Under the pieces are notes generated by a model that worked only from the letters and a program-made list of their open reading frames with translations, made no database searches and was not told where the DNA came from. Shown here piece by piece: positions 36,589-45,485 of a DNA stretch of 64,000 bases (its first letter is position 1; the number at the start of each line of letters is the position of its first letter). The position numbers and the translations under genes were made by a program. This stretch comes from Pirellulaceae bacterium (lineage in GTDB: Bacteria; Planctomycetota; Planctomycetia; Pirellulales; Pirellulaceae), in contig JANRLS010000079.1 of NCBI GenBank assembly GCA_033762315.1, positions 11,292-75,291 on the forward strand. Direction: 5' to 3'.

Positions 36589-37884
36589 TTACACCAACTC
36601 GGAGATGGCCCGGCCCTTCTCGAGCATGAAGATGGGGCGACCGGCGGTGCTTTGGAATTGCACTTTCGGGTCGATGCCGAGGACGTGAAAGATCGTCGCC
36701 ATGAGGTCTTGCGGGCCGATGGGCTGGCTGGCGGGAACATCGACCTTCGGGGCCGATTCGCCGATGACCTGCCCCATTTTGAGGCCACCGCCAGCGAGGG
36801 CGAGCGTGCTGAGAGGTGCCCAGTGATCGCGGCCGGCATTTTTGTTGACGCGCGGCGTGCGGCCGAATTCGCCGCTGATGACGAGCAGAATTCGCTGGTC
36901 GAGCCCGCGCTCGTGGATGTCTTCGACGAACGCCGAGACCGCCTGATCGAGTTGCGGGCTGCGCTGGGTCATGCTCCGTTCGATGTTGCCGTGCATGTCC
37001 CAGCCGCCGTAGGAGATCGTCACGAAGCCGCAGCCCGCTTCGCACAGGCGGCGGGCGGTCAGCAGTTGAGCGCCGAGCCCTTCGCCATAGCGCTTGATCG
37101 TCTGGCTGCTTTCCTGGCGATAGTCGAAGGCTTGGGCCGAACTTCCCAGCACGAGGTTGAACGCTTGCTGCTCGAATTTTTTAACGCCGGCATTGTCGAG
37201 GACTCGCTTTTGGGCATCGAGCCCTTCGAGCAGATTGCGGCGGTCGGCGAGGCGTTCTTCGGGGAGCGAGAGCTCCATGCTCTTGCGGGCCTGACCATCT
37301 TGATCGAACGGGTTGTAGGCGTGGCCGAGAAACGCCGCCCCGCCCCCTTGGCGAATTTCTCCCATGCGGACATACGTCGGCATGCCGGTGACGGGGTGGC
37401 TCGCGCCGCGAACGCGGGCCAAAATCGAGCCGTGTCCCGGCCGGCTGGGGACGCCGCCGTTATCGACCATCCGGTTGTCGTAGCCGGTGTTGACATAGTG
37501 CGTGCCGCCGCCGTGGCCGCTGTTGGTATGGGCAAACGAGCGGACGAAGGCCATCTTGTCGGCGACGCTGGCGATTTTCGGCAGCGTGCCGCCGAGCGTG
37601 ACGCCGGGGATTTTCGTCGCCACTTCGCCCGTGGTGCTGCGATACTCGGACGGGGCGGTCATTTTCGGATCGAAGGTTTCGACGTGCGTCGGCCCCCCCG
37701 CCAGCCACAACCACACCACTGCCGTATCCTTCACGAGGCTCCCCGCCTGAGCCGCGTTGGCCCGCGCCTCCAACAGGGCCGGCAAAGTCAACCCGCCGAG
37801 GCCGAGCGCGCCCACCTTCAGAAACTCGCGCCGCGTGGCACCGTCGCAATCACGAAATCGGCGATTGGAAACGACCTGGAACAT
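36589..37884 (-). CDS. DUF1501 domain protein (sulfatase-like, Tat signal)
   Basis: Start at MFQVVSN. TRREFLKVGALGLGG. GRDHWAPLSTLALAGGG. Confidence 0.88.
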   Translation of the reverse strand: MFQVVSNRRFRDCDGATRREFLKVGALGLGGLTLPALLEARANAAQAGSLVKDTAVVWLWLAGGPTHVETFDPKMTAPSEYRSTTGEVATKIPGVTLGGTLPKIASVADKMAFVRSFAHTNSGHGGGTHYVNTGYDNRMVDNGGVPSRPGHGSILARVRGASHPVTGMPTYVRMGEIRQGGGAAFLGHAYNPFDQDGQARKSMELSLPEERLADRRNLLEGLDAQKRVLDNAGVKKFEQQAFNLVLGSSAQAFDYRQESSQTIKRYGEGLGAQLLTARRLCEAGCGFVTISYGGWDMHGNIERSMTQRSPQLDQAVSAFVEDIHERGLDQRILLVISGEFGRTPRVNKNAGRDHWAPLSTLALAGGGLKMGQVIGESAPKVDVPASQPIGPQDLMATIFHVLGIDPKVQFQSTAGRPIFMLEKGRAISELV

Positions 37885-37952
37885 GGCTGGCTCCTGGCTG
37901 GCAAAAGGTGGTGGGGCGATCGGCGTCCCCCAGGGGGTATCGACCAATACCT

Positions 37953-37986
37953 GCTTGATACATCAAATATAGTTGATATGTCAAGC
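37953..37986. promoter_or_regulatory. AT-rich imperfect 34-bp palindrome with TTGAT/ATCAA half-sites upstream of DUF1501 gene
   Basis: gcttgatacatcaaatatagttgatatgtcaagc. About 70-100 nt upstream of the start at 37884 and conspicuously AT-rich against GC-rich flanks. Confidence 0.45.
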
Positions 37987-38022
37987 TGCGCGGCGCGCGA
38001 TTCTTGGCCCGCCAAGACGGCC

Positions 38023-38922
38023 CTACCGCAAGCCCTCGGCCGAGACCTCGACGCTGGCCGGCTGCACCGTGGAGCCGCCCAGCGGCGGAAGGTCGGCCAG
38101 GAATTGATCGAACGCGACCCGATATTCTTCGGGCTGCGGATCGTTGTGCTTGCCGCCCGAGACCGTGATCAGCTTCTTCGGACCGGGCGCGGCCTGATAG
38201 AGCGCGAGCCCTTGCTCATACGGAATCACCTCGTCCGCATCGCCGTGGCTCAAAAGCAGCGGCCCGCGATAGCTTTTGATCTTTTCGAGCGAGTTCATGC
38301 GGTGAGTCATCAGCCAGCTCATCGGCAGATAGGGGAGATGATGCTGGGCGACATCCGGCAGCGAGGTGAACGTGCTGGCCAGCACCAGGCCTCGCGCGCC
38401 GTCCTGCGAAGCCAGATCGACCGCCACGCCCCCACCCAGCGACAGCCCCAAAAGCAGCACGTCGCTCTCGGCAATCCCTTCTTTCTCGGCCAGCCACTTG
38501 CGAGCCGCGCGGGCATCGAGCAGCACTCCCTGTTCGCTCGGCTTTCCTTCGCTTCGCCCATAGCCGCGATAGTCGAGCGCGAGAACCGCCAGGTTGTGGC
38601 GGCGATTCAAGATGCGGAGTGTCTCGGCCAGGATCGTGATGTTCCCCGCGTTCCCATGCAGAAACAGGGCGTGCGCCTTGGGCTCCGGATGCCGCACGTA
38701 CCACCCATGCAGCTTGACTCCATCCGCGCTGGTGAAGTAGGCGTCGTTCACGAGCACGGTGGTCGGCTGCCAATCGCCAGTGGGATATTTCTGCGGCTGG
38801 AAGATGCTCTTCCGCTCGGAGCTAGCCAGGGGCGAATAGCTGCCGAGCATGGCGCAGCCGCTAGCATGGCAGAGCCACGAGGTGGCCAGCGCCAACAGCG
38901 CGAGTTGCGGGCAGCGGTTCAC
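38023..38922 (-). CDS. Alpha/beta hydrolase lipoprotein
   Basis: Lipobox-like HASGC. LFLHGNAGN and the nucleophile elbow GLSLGGG. Confidence 0.8.
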   Translation of the reverse strand: MNRCPQLALLALATSWLCHASGCAMLGSYSPLASSERKSIFQPQKYPTGDWQPTTVLVNDAYFTSADGVKLHGWYVRHPEPKAHALFLHGNAGNITILAETLRILNRRHNLAVLALDYRGYGRSEGKPSEQGVLLDARAARKWLAEKEGIAESDVLLLGLSLGGGVAVDLASQDGARGLVLASTFTSLPDVAQHHLPYLPMSWLMTHRMNSLEKIKSYRGPLLLSHGDADEVIPYEQGLALYQAAPGPKKLITVSGGKHNDPQPEEYRVAFDQFLADLPPLGGSTVQPASVEVSAEGLR

Positions 38923-38994
38923 GATCGGGGCTTCCCCACGGGGCGACGATCCTTCGTTCGCGGGGGCGAAGAGTATCCGGCCGGCGACCGCGGG

Positions 38995-40536
38995 TCAACG
39001 CGAAGTTGCTGGCCGGGACAAATCGGTCGTGCGGCTCAAATCGGCGACGTTCGCCGCCTCCCCTTCTTGCACGCAAACCCGATTGCGCCCCTGATTGACG
39101 GCCGTCTGCAACGCCTTGCGGGCCCGCTCCAGAATCCGCCGCAGGTCGTCTCCCGGGCAGGCTTCGACCACGCCCAGGCTGATCGTGAACCAATTGGCCC
39201 CCGCCTTGCGCGGCAAGCGGCAACGCTCGACCGCCCCCCGCAGACGTTCGCCAATCAGCACCGCGTCGGCGATGTGCGCCCCTGGCAGCAGCATGGCGAA
39301 GGTGTCGTCTCCCAGGCGAGCGACGTGGTCCATGTCGCGCATCACGGCATTGACGAGCTGCGCGGTGACGCGGAGCACCACGTCCCCCGCGCTGGTTCCG
39401 TTGTCGCCGACGATCCGCTCGAAGCCATCGACCTGCAAGAGCATCAGCGCCAGCGGCGAGCCGCCGCGCCGCCACTGCGAAAGCCGGCGAATCATGTCGT
39501 CGAAAAAGACCGGCCGGCTCGAGACGTGCGCGAGTGGCTCGCGCTGGCACGACTCGGCCGCGTCGGCTTCGTAGAGCCACTCGTCGCCGATGCGCTCGGG
39601 CGTGGCGGTGACGATCGGCGTTTGGGCATCGAGCTTCACGAGATGATTGCTGCGGCCGTCACTATAGTGCGCGCAGTTGCGGCCAGCGCTTTTGGAGGCA
39701 TAGAGCGCCTCGTCGGCCCGGCGCACCAGGTCTTTCTCGGTCTCGTCGGGCATCAACTCGGCGAGCCCGGCACTCGCGGTGACTTTCAGTTGCTTGCCCG
39801 CGAACTTGAACAGGGTGCCGGCAATCGCCTGGCGAGCCTTTTCGGCCTGGGCCATGATCTGCCGCACGCCCAGCCCCGCGAACACGGCGGCGAACTCCTC
39901 GCCCCCATAGCGGGCGACCAGGCCCCCCTCGCCAATGTTCGCGCGGAGCACGCGGGCCACGCCGCGGAGCACCTCGTCTCCCGCCTGATGACCGTGCGTG
40001 TCGTTGAATTTCTTGAAGTGATCGACATCGATCAGCATGATCGCCGCCGGACTGCCGCGGCGTTGCTGCTCGGCCACGCAGCGGCGGATTTCGTCGTCGA
40101 GCGCCCGCCGATTGGCCACCTGCGTCAGGGCGTCGGTGCGGGCTTCGACCGCGTGCGATTCAATCTGCCGGGCCTGGGCTTGCAGCCGCTCTTCGGCCGT
40201 ATCGAGCTGCCGCTGCATCCGGGCATTGGCATCGATCAGTTGAGCGACGGCCGAAAGAACCGCCGATTCGTCGTTGTCTCCGTCGGGGTCGGCCAGTTGG
40301 GCGTTGATCTCTTGCACTTGCGAGCTGTGTTGATCCACGTCGGCCGCCACGCGGCTCGTCAGCTCTTGCAGCCGGGCCAGCGTTTCGCGGGCAAAGCGGG
40401 CCTCGGCATCTTCGAGCGGCGCGGCGCGCGCGCGAATCCGCCGGCGCAGGGCGAGCCACGCCAGCCCACAGGCAGCGCACAGCGTCGCCAGCAGCAGAAA
40501 AATGGAAACCAGCGTCGTCATCAGGGTGCCGAGCAA
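38995..40536 (-). CDS. Membrane-anchored diguanylate cyclase with tandem GGDEF domains (active + degenerate)
   Basis: N-terminal TM plus coiled coil. Domain 1 has RYGGEEF. Domain 2 has RLGDDTF preceded by RDMD. Confidence 0.85.
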   Translation of the reverse strand: MLGTLMTTLVSIFLLLATLCAACGLAWLALRRRIRARAAPLEDAEARFARETLARLQELTSRVAADVDQHSSQVQEINAQLADPDGDNDESAVLSAVAQLIDANARMQRQLDTAEERLQAQARQIESHAVEARTDALTQVANRRALDDEIRRCVAEQQRRGSPAAIMLIDVDHFKKFNDTHGHQAGDEVLRGVARVLRANIGEGGLVARYGGEEFAAVFAGLGVRQIMAQAEKARQAIAGTLFKFAGKQLKVTASAGLAELMPDETEKDLVRRADEALYASKSAGRNCAHYSDGRSNHLVKLDAQTPIVTATPERIGDEWLYEADAAESCQREPLAHVSSRPVFFDDMIRRLSQWRRGGSPLALMLLQVDGFERIVGDNGTSAGDVVLRVTAQLVNAVMRDMDHVARLGDDTFAMLLPGAHIADAVLIGERLRGAVERCRLPRKAGANWFTISLGVVEACPGDDLRRILERARKALQTAVNQGRNRVCVQEGEAANVADLSRTTDLSRPATSR

Positions 40537-40659
40537 GGGATCGATGGCGAGACTATCCGCCCTAGGAGTGACATAGGTTGTCTGGGGACCAAGTCAACCC
40601 AAACGGAGCCAAATCGGTGGGACTGTGCCAATTGTGCGGACAATCGCCGCCACGCCGCA

Positions 40660-42000
40660 CTACGCGCCGGGCGCGGTTCCCAGCAGCTGCCCCGTTTTCG
40701 ACACGCGATAGAGCGCGTGCCCGCCGGGGGCGATTCCCTGCAGCTTGCCGGCGGCGTCGCGCGATTGGCCATACACGACAAACACCCGAAATTCGTCGGC
40801 ACCCTCGGTCCCCTCGCAATCGAACGGCAAGCCGCCGCCGGACTCGCGCACGGCCGCTTGCTTGACGATTTCAATCGCCGCGGCCAGCGTGATGGGGGGA
40901 TTCGCATAGGCCGCCTGCTGAATGGGCGCCGATCCCGGCAGCACATTCGGCGGCGGCAAGGCGTTGGCCGGGGGCGAGGCATATCGTGGCGCGGGGGCGA
41001 GTGGGCTGATCGCCGGCCGCGCGGCGACTTGCGCGAGCGCCACTTGCACCACCTTCTGCTGCTCGTTCAACAGCCGCTGCGTCTTGCGATAGTCGCTGTC
41101 GGCATAGGCGGCGATCGCCTGATCGAGTTGCTTTTTGGCACCGGCGAAATCGCCGCCAGCCGCGCTGGCGAGGGCCAGGTTGTGCAGGGCGGCGTGATTG
41201 CGGGGATTGTCTTTCAGAGCGGCTTGCCAATCGGCCGCCGCGCCGGGCCAGTTTCCCTTGAGGGCCTTAGAGTTTCCCTTGCGCAGGGCGGTGAGGCCGT
41301 TCCCCCAATACTGCCGCGCGAGCCGCACCTCGACCGGCGCCCTATGCGGGGCGATCATCGCCACCACGTCGCGCGAGCATTGGTTGAGCAGCTCCCCCAG
41401 CACGCGCTCTTGGCCGGGCAAATCTCCCTGGCCGTTGAGCACCTGTCCTTCGAACGAATGCGAGGTCTGGCGGGCGGCTCGGATTTCGCCGGTGCGGGCG
41501 TCGATCAGCTTAATGGCGAGCGAGACGGTCGCCTCGCGCGAGAGCAGGGTATTCGTATCGATGCCGATGCCCAGGCTGCTGCCGCGGCCAAGCGGACCGC
41601 TCGACTGGCCGCCGCCGAGGCTGATGTGCTGGTCGGTCTGCTTCTGGTCGGCCACGTTGTAGCTGACGACCTGGCCGGTCAAAATCGCATCGACCCCGCT
41701 GTGCCGGGCCGCCTGCACGAGGGCCGCTTCGTTCGGCTGACCTTGAACGAACGCCGCCGGCAGGACGCGGGCCAGTTCCCCCTGATCGACCAAGGCATAG
41801 TGGCGATTTTCGGAAAGCTGGGCGAGCAGCACCGACTTGGCGATTTTGCCTGCTTCTCCTTCGCCCTCGAAATCAACCACCGCCAAGCGGCCGATCCCCG
41901 ACACGTCGAACTCCGCCGGGCGCAGCACCAGCATCTGGGCTCGCGGCGCGCAGCCCGTGGCCGCGGCGAGTATCAGGAGTAGATAGCAAGACTCGCGCAT
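40660..42000 (-). CDS. Lipoprotein with CsgG/LpoB-like N-terminal domain and TPR repeats
   Basis: Start at MRESCYLLLILAAATGC (lipobox). RLAVVDFEGEGE...ALVDQGELARVL pattern. TPR-like WQAALKDNPRNHAALHNLALA. Confidence 0.65.
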   Translation of the reverse strand: MRESCYLLLILAAATGCAPRAQMLVLRPAEFDVSGIGRLAVVDFEGEGEAGKIAKSVLLAQLSENRHYALVDQGELARVLPAAFVQGQPNEAALVQAARHSGVDAILTGQVVSYNVADQKQTDQHISLGGGQSSGPLGRGSSLGIGIDTNTLLSREATVSLAIKLIDARTGEIRAARQTSHSFEGQVLNGQGDLPGQERVLGELLNQCSRDVVAMIAPHRAPVEVRLARQYWGNGLTALRKGNSKALKGNWPGAAADWQAALKDNPRNHAALHNLALASAAGGDFAGAKKQLDQAIAAYADSDYRKTQRLLNEQQKVVQVALAQVAARPAISPLAPAPRYASPPANALPPPNVLPGSAPIQQAAYANPPITLAAAIEIVKQAAVRESGGGLPFDCEGTEGADEFRVFVVYGQSRDAAGKLQGIAPGGHALYRVSKTGQLLGTAPGA

Positions 42001-42071
42001 GAGGCGGGGAATAGCCGAAATTGCGTTCCCGTGGCAAGAGCAGGCCCTACAAACCACGGCGAATGCATCCC

Positions 42072-42254
42072 CTACCAGGGCTTCAGCTTCCAACCGAGCA
42101 CGAAGCCGATGCCAAAGCAGGCGAGGGCGACGACTTCGGGGCGCTCGCGGGTATATTCGCGCAAATACTCGTACAGATCGGCGACCGGCTGCAGCTCGTC
42201 GCGTTCGATCCGCGCGGGTTCGGTCGCATAGGTCGTGTCGTTAAAGGCATCCAT
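42072..42254 (-). CDS. Small membrane protein (60 aa)
   Basis: Start at MDAFNDT. C-terminal TM VVALACFGIGFVLGW. Last gene of the stress operon. Confidence 0.55.
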   Translation of the reverse strand: MDAFNDTTYATEPARIERDELQPVADLYEYLREYTRERPEVVALACFGIGFVLGWKLKPW

Positions 42255-42288
42255 TGTGAAGGCTCCTGAAAAACGGTAGCGAAATGCA

Positions 42289-42759
42289 TTAGGGGAAATT
42301 CGTTGTGGTACGGGCCTCGTCCGGCATTCGTGGCGTTTTGCCGAATCGCTTGAGTGCCGACCGCACCCAGCCGGCGTTTTGCCGCCATTCCTCGCGCGAG
42401 CGGGCGAAGAGGTCGCAGCGCCGGCGAAAGGCGGCCCAGCCACCCGCCAGCAAGATTGCCGCCAGCACCACTCCCGCGAGCAGGCTCACGCCCAAGGATT
42501 GAGCGAGCGACAGGGTCGTGGTTTCGTCGATCCAAAGGGCGAGTGCCGCCAGACCCACGGGGATGCAACCCACGGCGAGCAGCAACCCCGCGGCGAAACA
42601 CAGTGCCGGCATCGCCAGCCTCGCCACCCCTTGCTGCGCATCGACCGCCAGCAGGCGAACCTGCAATTCGCCCAGCGTGAGCAAGTCTTCGAGCAGTTCG
42701 CCGGTGCTCCGGGCAACCGCTCGCGGCGGCGCTTCAGCGCGCGGCGCTGAACCATTCAT
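42289..42759 (-). CDS. Holin-X / YqjE-like (phage holin family) membrane protein
   Basis: LGELQVRLLAVDAQQGV followed by two TM segments, typical of the superfamily-III holin-X layout. The start overlaps the upstream stop (ATGA at 42756-42759). An alternative ATG lies at 42777. Confidence 0.65.
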   Translation of the reverse strand: MNGSAPRAEAPPRAVARSTGELLEDLLTLGELQVRLLAVDAQQGVARLAMPALCFAAGLLLAVGCIPVGLAALALWIDETTTLSLAQSLGVSLLAGVVLAAILLAGGWAAFRRRCDLFARSREEWRQNAGWVRSALKRFGKTPRMPDEARTTTNFP

Positions 42760-42962
42760 GTGCGTTTGATCCACCATGCCAAGGTCGCTCCGATTGCAAA
42801 GGCCGACGCCAGGCTGGCGCCGGGATGTTCGACAATCCACGCTTCGGCATTCGCCACGAGCGACTGCCAAGCGGCAATCCGGGGGCCGGCTGCCGAGCGC
42901 TCGACATCCGCGGATGTCGTGGGTTCGGAAACTGGCTGGTATTCGCTAGTAAAGTTGGGCAT
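42756..42962 (-). CDS. Small membrane protein (68 aa)
   Basis: Start at MPNFTSE. C-terminal TM ASLASAFAIGATLAWWI. Translationally coupled on both sides. Confidence 0.5.
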   Translation of the reverse strand: MPNFTSEYQPVSEPTTSADVERSAAGPRIAAWQSLVANAEAWIVEHPGASLASAFAIGATLAWWIKRT

Positions 42963-43389
42963 CGGGCTGCTCCTCGGTTTCGGCGGCGGGGCTTTCGGAC
43001 GGCATGACCCGGTTTTGCAGTTGCTGTTGCAAGTGCTGCGACAGGAGGGCGAGTCCCCCTTGCAGGAGCGAACCGACCGCCATCCGCGCGAGCATGGCCG
43101 TGAGCGAAGGCCCTCGCGCCGGTTGGCTCGCGGTGGCCACGCTTTGGACAAGCTCGCGGAGGGTGGTGGCGTCGGGCTGAACGAAGCGAGTCGCCTTGGA
43201 GGGAATCAGGAGGTATCCCGCGGCTGCCGCCGCGCCGACGCACACCCACGGATAGGCTCGCACGTAGGACTGCCAAGCGGTCAGCACTTGCGTGCTGGCG
43301 ACGAGCTCTTGCACGTCTTCGCGCAGCTCGGCGCGCACGGCGCGCATCTGACGCTGAATTTCGTCGGCGGGCATGGTGGCGTGCGACAT
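42946..43389 (-). CDS. DUF3618-like membrane protein
   Basis: N-terminal ADEIQRQMRAVRAELREDVQELV resembles the DUF3618 helix, followed by TM WVCVGAAAAAGYLLI. Confidence 0.55.
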   Translation of the reverse strand: MSHATMPADEIQRQMRAVRAELREDVQELVASTQVLTAWQSYVRAYPWVCVGAAAAAGYLLIPSKATRFVQPDATTLRELVQSVATASQPARGPSLTAMLARMAVGSLLQGGLALLSQHLQQQLQNRVMPSESPAAETEEQPDAQLY

Positions 43390-43399
43390 CGGACTTGCC

Positions 43400-43672
43400 C
43401 TACGAATGGAACCGCGCGGCGACCGACGCCGGCAGCACGCTGCTCAGGGCGTCGTAGGCCTGGCGGCTTAGCCGCTCGGTGGTCGTCGGCTCGTGATAAG
43501 CCATGCTCAGGAGCGGGCCGGCACACGCCTGCCCCACCAGCACGCCGATGCCGAGCCCCACGCCAAACACCAGCAGCAGGGACGAGACCGGATACTCCCG
43601 CACCAATTCGGCCGGCTGCTCGGCCGCGTGGCGCAGGCGACTGCGAATGCGATTTACTTCCTTGGCGACCAT
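43400..43672 (-). CDS. Small membrane protein (90 aa)
   Basis: Amphipathic N-terminus, then TM VSSLLLVFGVGLGIGVLVG. Confidence 0.55.
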   Translation of the reverse strand: MVAKEVNRIRSRLRHAAEQPAELVREYPVSSLLLVFGVGLGIGVLVGQACAGPLLSMAYHEPTTTERLSRQAYDALSSVLPASVAARFHS

Positions 43673-43725
43673 GATCGGAACTCCTTCAAATCGTCGAGTA
43701 AACTGACGGAAGATTGCCGGCGGAT

Positions 43726-44145
43726 TTAGCGGCCGCGGAGCGTGAGGCCGAGCAGCACTCCGACCACCATCCCCACGCCGAAGCAGACGGCGATCGACTC
43801 GCCCGGCCGCTCGCGAACCATTTTCTCGGCCTCTTCATAGCCGTGGCGCATGGTTTCGGCGGCTTTTTTGGTCGATTCCTGCATCGCGCCGGCAGCTTGC
43901 TGGGCGTAGTCGCGCACCGATTCGGCCGCCTGACCCAAGGTCGAGGCTCCGTTGGAAGTGAGCTCTTCCAAGTAGTGCTCGATCGTGCCGCGAGCTTCCC
44001 CCGTTTTTCGCTGAATGGTGCCGACGAGTTGATCGACGTTGCCGTCGAAGGCTTGCAGATCGTCGCCGGTGAGCTGACCCCACTTCGAGCGAATCCGGCC
44101 TTTGATTTCGTTCCAATTGCCCCGCAGGGTTTGTTGATTGACCAT
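43726..44145 (-). CDS. CsbD-like domain fused to a DUF883/ElaB-YqjD-like membrane-anchored tail
   Basis: GNWNEIKGRIRSKWGQLTGDDL...LVGTIQRKTG is the CsbD signature. The C-terminal MVRERPGESIAVCFGVGMVVGVLLG is an ElaB/YqjD-type anchor. Confidence 0.75.
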   Translation of the reverse strand: MVNQQTLRGNWNEIKGRIRSKWGQLTGDDLQAFDGNVDQLVGTIQRKTGEARGTIEHYLEELTSNGASTLGQAAESVRDYAQQAAGAMQESTKKAAETMRHGYEEAEKMVRERPGESIAVCFGVGMVVGVLLGLTLRGR

Positions 44146-44391
44146 GACAACTACTCCTTTGCATGTAAGAAATCGAGCCGCTTGGTTAGCGGAGAGAGTC
44201 TCGATTCAGGGAGCAATCGCCGTGCCAACCGTGCCGCTCAAGCGGATCGCGAGGGTGAAAAGCGTGGTTTCACCATTGATCGTGGCTCTCGGTGTGGTTC
44301 CAGCCGATAACTCGATGGTCATTGGCGTTCGCCGCGCGGACAGCCTGGTCGCCCAATGACCACGGGTGGCTTGTGCTCCGTCAAACCAGAA

Positions 44392-44435
44392 TTTTCGGGG
44401 TGGGTGGCACGACCCACGCTGGCGTGGGCGTGGCA
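44392..44435 (+). repeat. REP-like hairpin element, same family as 3523-3618
   Basis: ttttcggggtgggtggcacgacccacgctggcgtgggcgtggca. The stem cccacgc/gcgtggg extends by gcac/gtgc across a 1-nt bulge. Lies between the crp-family stop and the stress operon. Confidence 0.7.
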
Positions 44436-44477
44436 GCCGAGCTTTTCGAGTGGACCGAGCACTCGCTGCCACCCGCG

Positions 44478-45206
44478 CTACGTCGCCTGGCGCGGTTCGC
44501 AGATCAAGCGATCGAACTGGCGCGAAATCGCCTGCTGGCATTCGCACGCGGCACGCTCCAGGCGCGGACGGTCGAGCACCGAGACGACTCCGCGGCGATG
44601 TTGAATCAGCCCTTCGGCCTGTAGCGGACGGAGCACGTCGGTGACGCTTGCCCGCCGCACGCCGAGCATTTGCGCGAGCGACTCGTGCGTCACCGGAATT
44701 TCGGTGGCGCTTGAACGGTCGAGACACCGCAGCAGCCACCGGCAGCAACGTTGCTGCACCGAATGGAGCCCGTTGCAGGCCACGCTCTGCATCACTTGCC
44801 CCAGGAATGCCGCGCTATAGCGGTGCAGCAATCGCCGCAGGGCCGTTCCCTCGGTCGCCGCCGCGAGCAGCACGGGGGCGGTCGCGAGATACGCCAGCCC
44901 CTCGATCTGCACGAAATACCGCTGCTCGACCGTCTCGCTCCCCGTCACGATGGCCAGCCCCGTCATCCCTTCGTTCCCGACCGTGGCGACTTCGATCTGG
45001 CTGCCGTCGTCCAGCACGTTCACGGCTGAAATCAGCCCCTGCTCGACGAAATACGCCTCCACAACCGGCCGGTGCGGTTCTTGAATCACTTGCCGCGCGG
45101 CGAGCGGCACCAGGTTCAGTTCCGGCCGCAGCCGCTGCCACTCGGCCGCCGGCAGGTTGGCCAGCAGGCAATTTTTGGGGCGCTGGTTCTCGGCAGATAG
45201 CCACAT
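44478..45206 (-). CDS. Crp/Fnr family transcriptional regulator
   Basis: Start at MWLSAEN (gggag 7 nt upstream). cNMP-binding-like beta-roll, then HTH THESLAQMLGVRRASVTDVL. The ORF-track entry 44478..46097 is an antisense over-extension. Confidence 0.85.
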   Translation of the reverse strand: MWLSAENQRPKNCLLANLPAAEWQRLRPELNLVPLAARQVIQEPHRPVVEAYFVEQGLISAVNVLDDGSQIEVATVGNEGMTGLAIVTGSETVEQRYFVQIEGLAYLATAPVLLAAATEGTALRRLLHRYSAAFLGQVMQSVACNGLHSVQQRCCRWLLRCLDRSSATEIPVTHESLAQMLGVRRASVTDVLRPLQAEGLIQHRRGVVSVLDRPRLERAACECQQAISRQFDRLICEPRQAT

Positions 45207-45485
45207 GATAAATCTCCCTTCGCGCGGCAACCTCCGTCCGCCGCCCAAGCGCCGCGCGAGCGCGGAGCTTGCGCGGCGAGAAGAAAGGCGCGCAAGATCA
45301 ACTCGAATGTCGAAATTACCCCTGGGTGGTGAGAACGAGGGGGCAACTAGCGTGCCAAATGCCAGCGGTTGCGGACCCAAGTCAATCGACCGGCGACTGA
45401 ATCTCGCCCGTCCGCCAGGCAGGGATCGGCCGCCCTTCGTGCCGCTGGCTGGACGAAATCCCCGCCGGCTGCCAAAACAAGGGGC

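Noticed and set aside
36652-41982. A 1776-codon ORF on the plus strand spanning 5.3 kb
   Set aside because: It runs antisense to four well-supported minus-strand genes (DUF1501, alpha/beta hydrolase, tandem GGDEF, TPR lipoprotein). Its product is Arg/Ala/Gly-rich with no motifs. This is the typical stop-codon-poor antisense frame of high-G+C DNA.
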